A DNA stretch of 64,000 nucleotides, from NCBI GenBank assembly GCA_038087875.1, contig CM075994.1:4528001-4592000 (forward strand), read 5' to 3'. Below, in pieces: positions 61,741-64,000 of the stretch. The first letter of the stretch is position 1; every line of letters starts with the position of its first letter. The stretch is from Malacoraja senta. Its lineage: Eukaryota. The position numbers were made by a program, and so were the translations under genes. The notes under the pieces were generated by a model. The model was given only the letters and a program-made list of their open reading frames with translations, had not been told where the DNA came from and made no database searches.

Positions 61741-63052
61741 GCAGACTGAAGAAAGGTCTCGACCCGAAACGTCACACATTCCTTCTCTGCAGAGATGCTG
61801 CCTATCCCGCTGAGTTACTCCAGCCTTTTGTGTCTATCTTCGGTTTTAAACCAGCATCTGCAGTTCCTTGTTCCACAGAACTAAATGCAAAACGTGGGTT
61901 TTATCTGGAGTTGTCAGGAATGATGAGATAGAAATTAAGATTATCAGTGGAATTAAATGGGTGGCGGTGAAATAATATTTCTACTTGTGGGGAAACCAAA
62001 AGTCAAAGCTGAAATGTAGCATGGTATTCAATAAATACAGAAAGGATTGCAGTCGTGAGAACATGGACCTCATTTGCGTTGGAGGGACTGAAGCCAACAG
62101 CAGAGATATTTTTTAAGGACAAGCGGGATAAACACGTGAGCGCTCCTGGAATTCGGGGTGTTGTTGCCGGGTGTGGTGAGTAGATGGGAGGGATGTTGAA
62201 TGGAGCACACATCTTGACTGCATAGGATGGGCCGAATGGCCTGTCTATGATGCAGAATGAGATGTTATACTATGGTGAACAAAGGTGGACAGAAACAAAC
62301 TGAGCAAGTTCCCCCAAGGTGACCATCCACTGCGGATGGGAACTGGATATAGATGATCAATCTGATGTGTGCGCCACGTTCTAGATTTCAATGTTAATCC
62401 CCACAATGTGGTCATGGCTGATCTAGCACAGGACTGAACTCCTCTTCTACCCCATTCATTTCGATGACAAATACCCGAATTTTCAACAACAAAAATCTTC
62501 CGCTGGTTTAAATACATCTAACAGGTTAAACCCCTCCGAGTCTCTTGGTTGGAGAATCCAGAGATTTACTGCCCTCTGTCCATTCGTGGTCCTTGGGTTC
62601 AGATATAGGATCACCCGTTGTTGTTCTAAACACCACAGAATACAAACACCTCTCTACATTCCAGCCAGGCATTCCTGAGATCCCATAGATTATACGGGAG
62701 GCCAATTAGTTTGCGAACAACAGCCGGAACAGTTGAAACATTTACTCAGTTCTGAATTACCTGTAAATGCAGCATTTATTTTGGAAATGTCACCCACCAT
62801 TTTGTGACTGCACTTTCACCTCGCCAAACTGCAGTCTAACCCCTCACCTTCAGAAACACCACACTGTCTTTTTGATCCATCTGTTGCTGCTGATAGTTCC
62901 TGCTGATTGAAATGTAAATTATATTCAATCTCTCCAAGATTTTTCTCCATTGCATTTAGAAACTTCTTCACTTCCTCCCGGATATGTGCCAGTGCGCGCT
63001 GCTCTCTCTCAGTGAGAATCTGATGCAGTTCAGCAAACTGGGATGTGATCTT

Positions 63053-64000
63053 TTTATTTTATTTTCATTTTATTAGAAGTAAGTACAATTGTATACAATC
63101 ATATTTTCATAATGCATATTATGTACAGCTTCTTATTTTTATAATAAAGGACAAAAAGAAAAAGAAGTTAGATAATGAAAAATAGAAAAATGTGAGATAT
63201 ATAGTGTGTGAAAAAGAAAAATAGAGAGTGAAAGAAGAAAATTAAGAAATAGAAAATAGAAAAAAGAAAATATAAGAAGAAAAAGAAGAAAAAGAAAAAA
63301 AAAGAAGTAAGGAGATCTTATTAATAATCTTGACCATCCCTCGCCCAGTCACGAATTAGCTTTTACAATTGTGTTGCACCACATGATTCCAAAAAGACGA
63401 CAAATGGAGACCAACTCGTTGTGAATTCGTCAAATTTATCTATTAGGAGGAATCGCATTTCCTCAAGATGTGCGGTGTCCAACATACTTGCAATCCAGAT
63501 TTTGAGCGTTGGTATTGGTGCATTTTTCCAAAATCTCAATATTAATTTTTTTGCAATTATTAAACCATAATTTAAAAATAATTTTTGAGATGGATTCAAT
63601 TTATTCCCATCTTCTATTACCCCAAATATAATCAATTCATTATTAGGTTCCATTTTTATCTTAAATAATTTTGTGAATATTTCAAAAATATCACACCAAA
63701 ATCTATGAAGTTTTATACAGGAAACAAAAGAGTGTGTTATAGTGGCATCTTGGGTTAAACATTTATCGCAAGTGGGGGATATATTTGGATAACATTTATT
63801 TAATCTTGTTTTTGAGTAATACAATCTATGTAAAATTTGTAATTGAATTAGATTATGTCTTGCATTAATCGAACATTTGTGAATGTATGTCAAATACTTT
63901 TCCCATGTAACCTTCATAAGTTTTATCGTTAATTCCCGTTCCCACTCTTCTCTAATTACCTCAGTCGCAGGTAAATCTATATTTAAAATACTATTATATA
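63053..64000 (-). mobile_element. L1-clade LINE 3' end inserted into the TRIM-C coiled-coil exon
   Basis: LIQLQILHRLYYS...CDKC...TITHSFVSC..L..FW (ORF2 cysteine-rich C-terminus); T-rich 3' UTR; A-rich tail abutting AAGATCACATCC. Confidence 0.88.

Larger units (their letters stand above)
54572..63052 (-). pseudogene. TRIM-C pseudogene: coiled-coil exon remnant 63052-62848, 23-nt exon 60853-60831, PRY-SPRY exon 55197-54684, 3' UTR to 54572
   Basis: KITSQFAELHQILTEREQRAL...; EEAGRKR; SVTLDVETAHPGLEVSEDRK...GRHYWEVEV...[15 protein letters not shown]...LYPFF. The SPRY acceptor AG is lost, there are frameshifts and a 3' deletion, the 116-nt exon was not found, and an L1 sits in exon 3. Confidence 0.88.

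Overview
Eukaryotic, repeat-dense vertebrate DNA. The repeat content (CR1 LINEs with SGNH-esterase ORF1, tRNA-derived V-SINE/HE1-like SINEs, Penelope-like elements, Rex/Babar and L1 LINEs) suggests a cartilaginous fish, probably a skate or ray (inference). Most entries in the ORF track are CR1 sense/antisense frames or translated microsatellites. The host content is a decaying cluster of RING/B-box/coiled-coil/PRY-SPRY (B30.2) TRIM genes: TRIM-A (12490-19581, +, with an internal triplication), TRIM-B (23611-24329, +), one intact PRY-SPRY exon (31067-31599, +), TRIM-C (54572-63052, -) and an orphan TRIM 3' UTR (1627-2122). Between them lie single exons of two genes that are MHC class I region genes in mammals: POLR1H/ZNRD1 (40369-40492) and IER3 (from 46011). 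I could not find their partner exons by eye. Other notable structure: a recombinant middle copy in the TRIM triplication, many short Penelope-derived repeats carrying minimal hammerhead-ribozyme cores, a perfect 87-bp-arm hairpin, nested CR1-in-CR1 and CR1-in-Gypsy insertions, and two non-autonomous TIR elements. All calls come from reading the sequence; no searches were run, and transposon boundaries are approximate. Some single-base frameshifts may be consensus errors.
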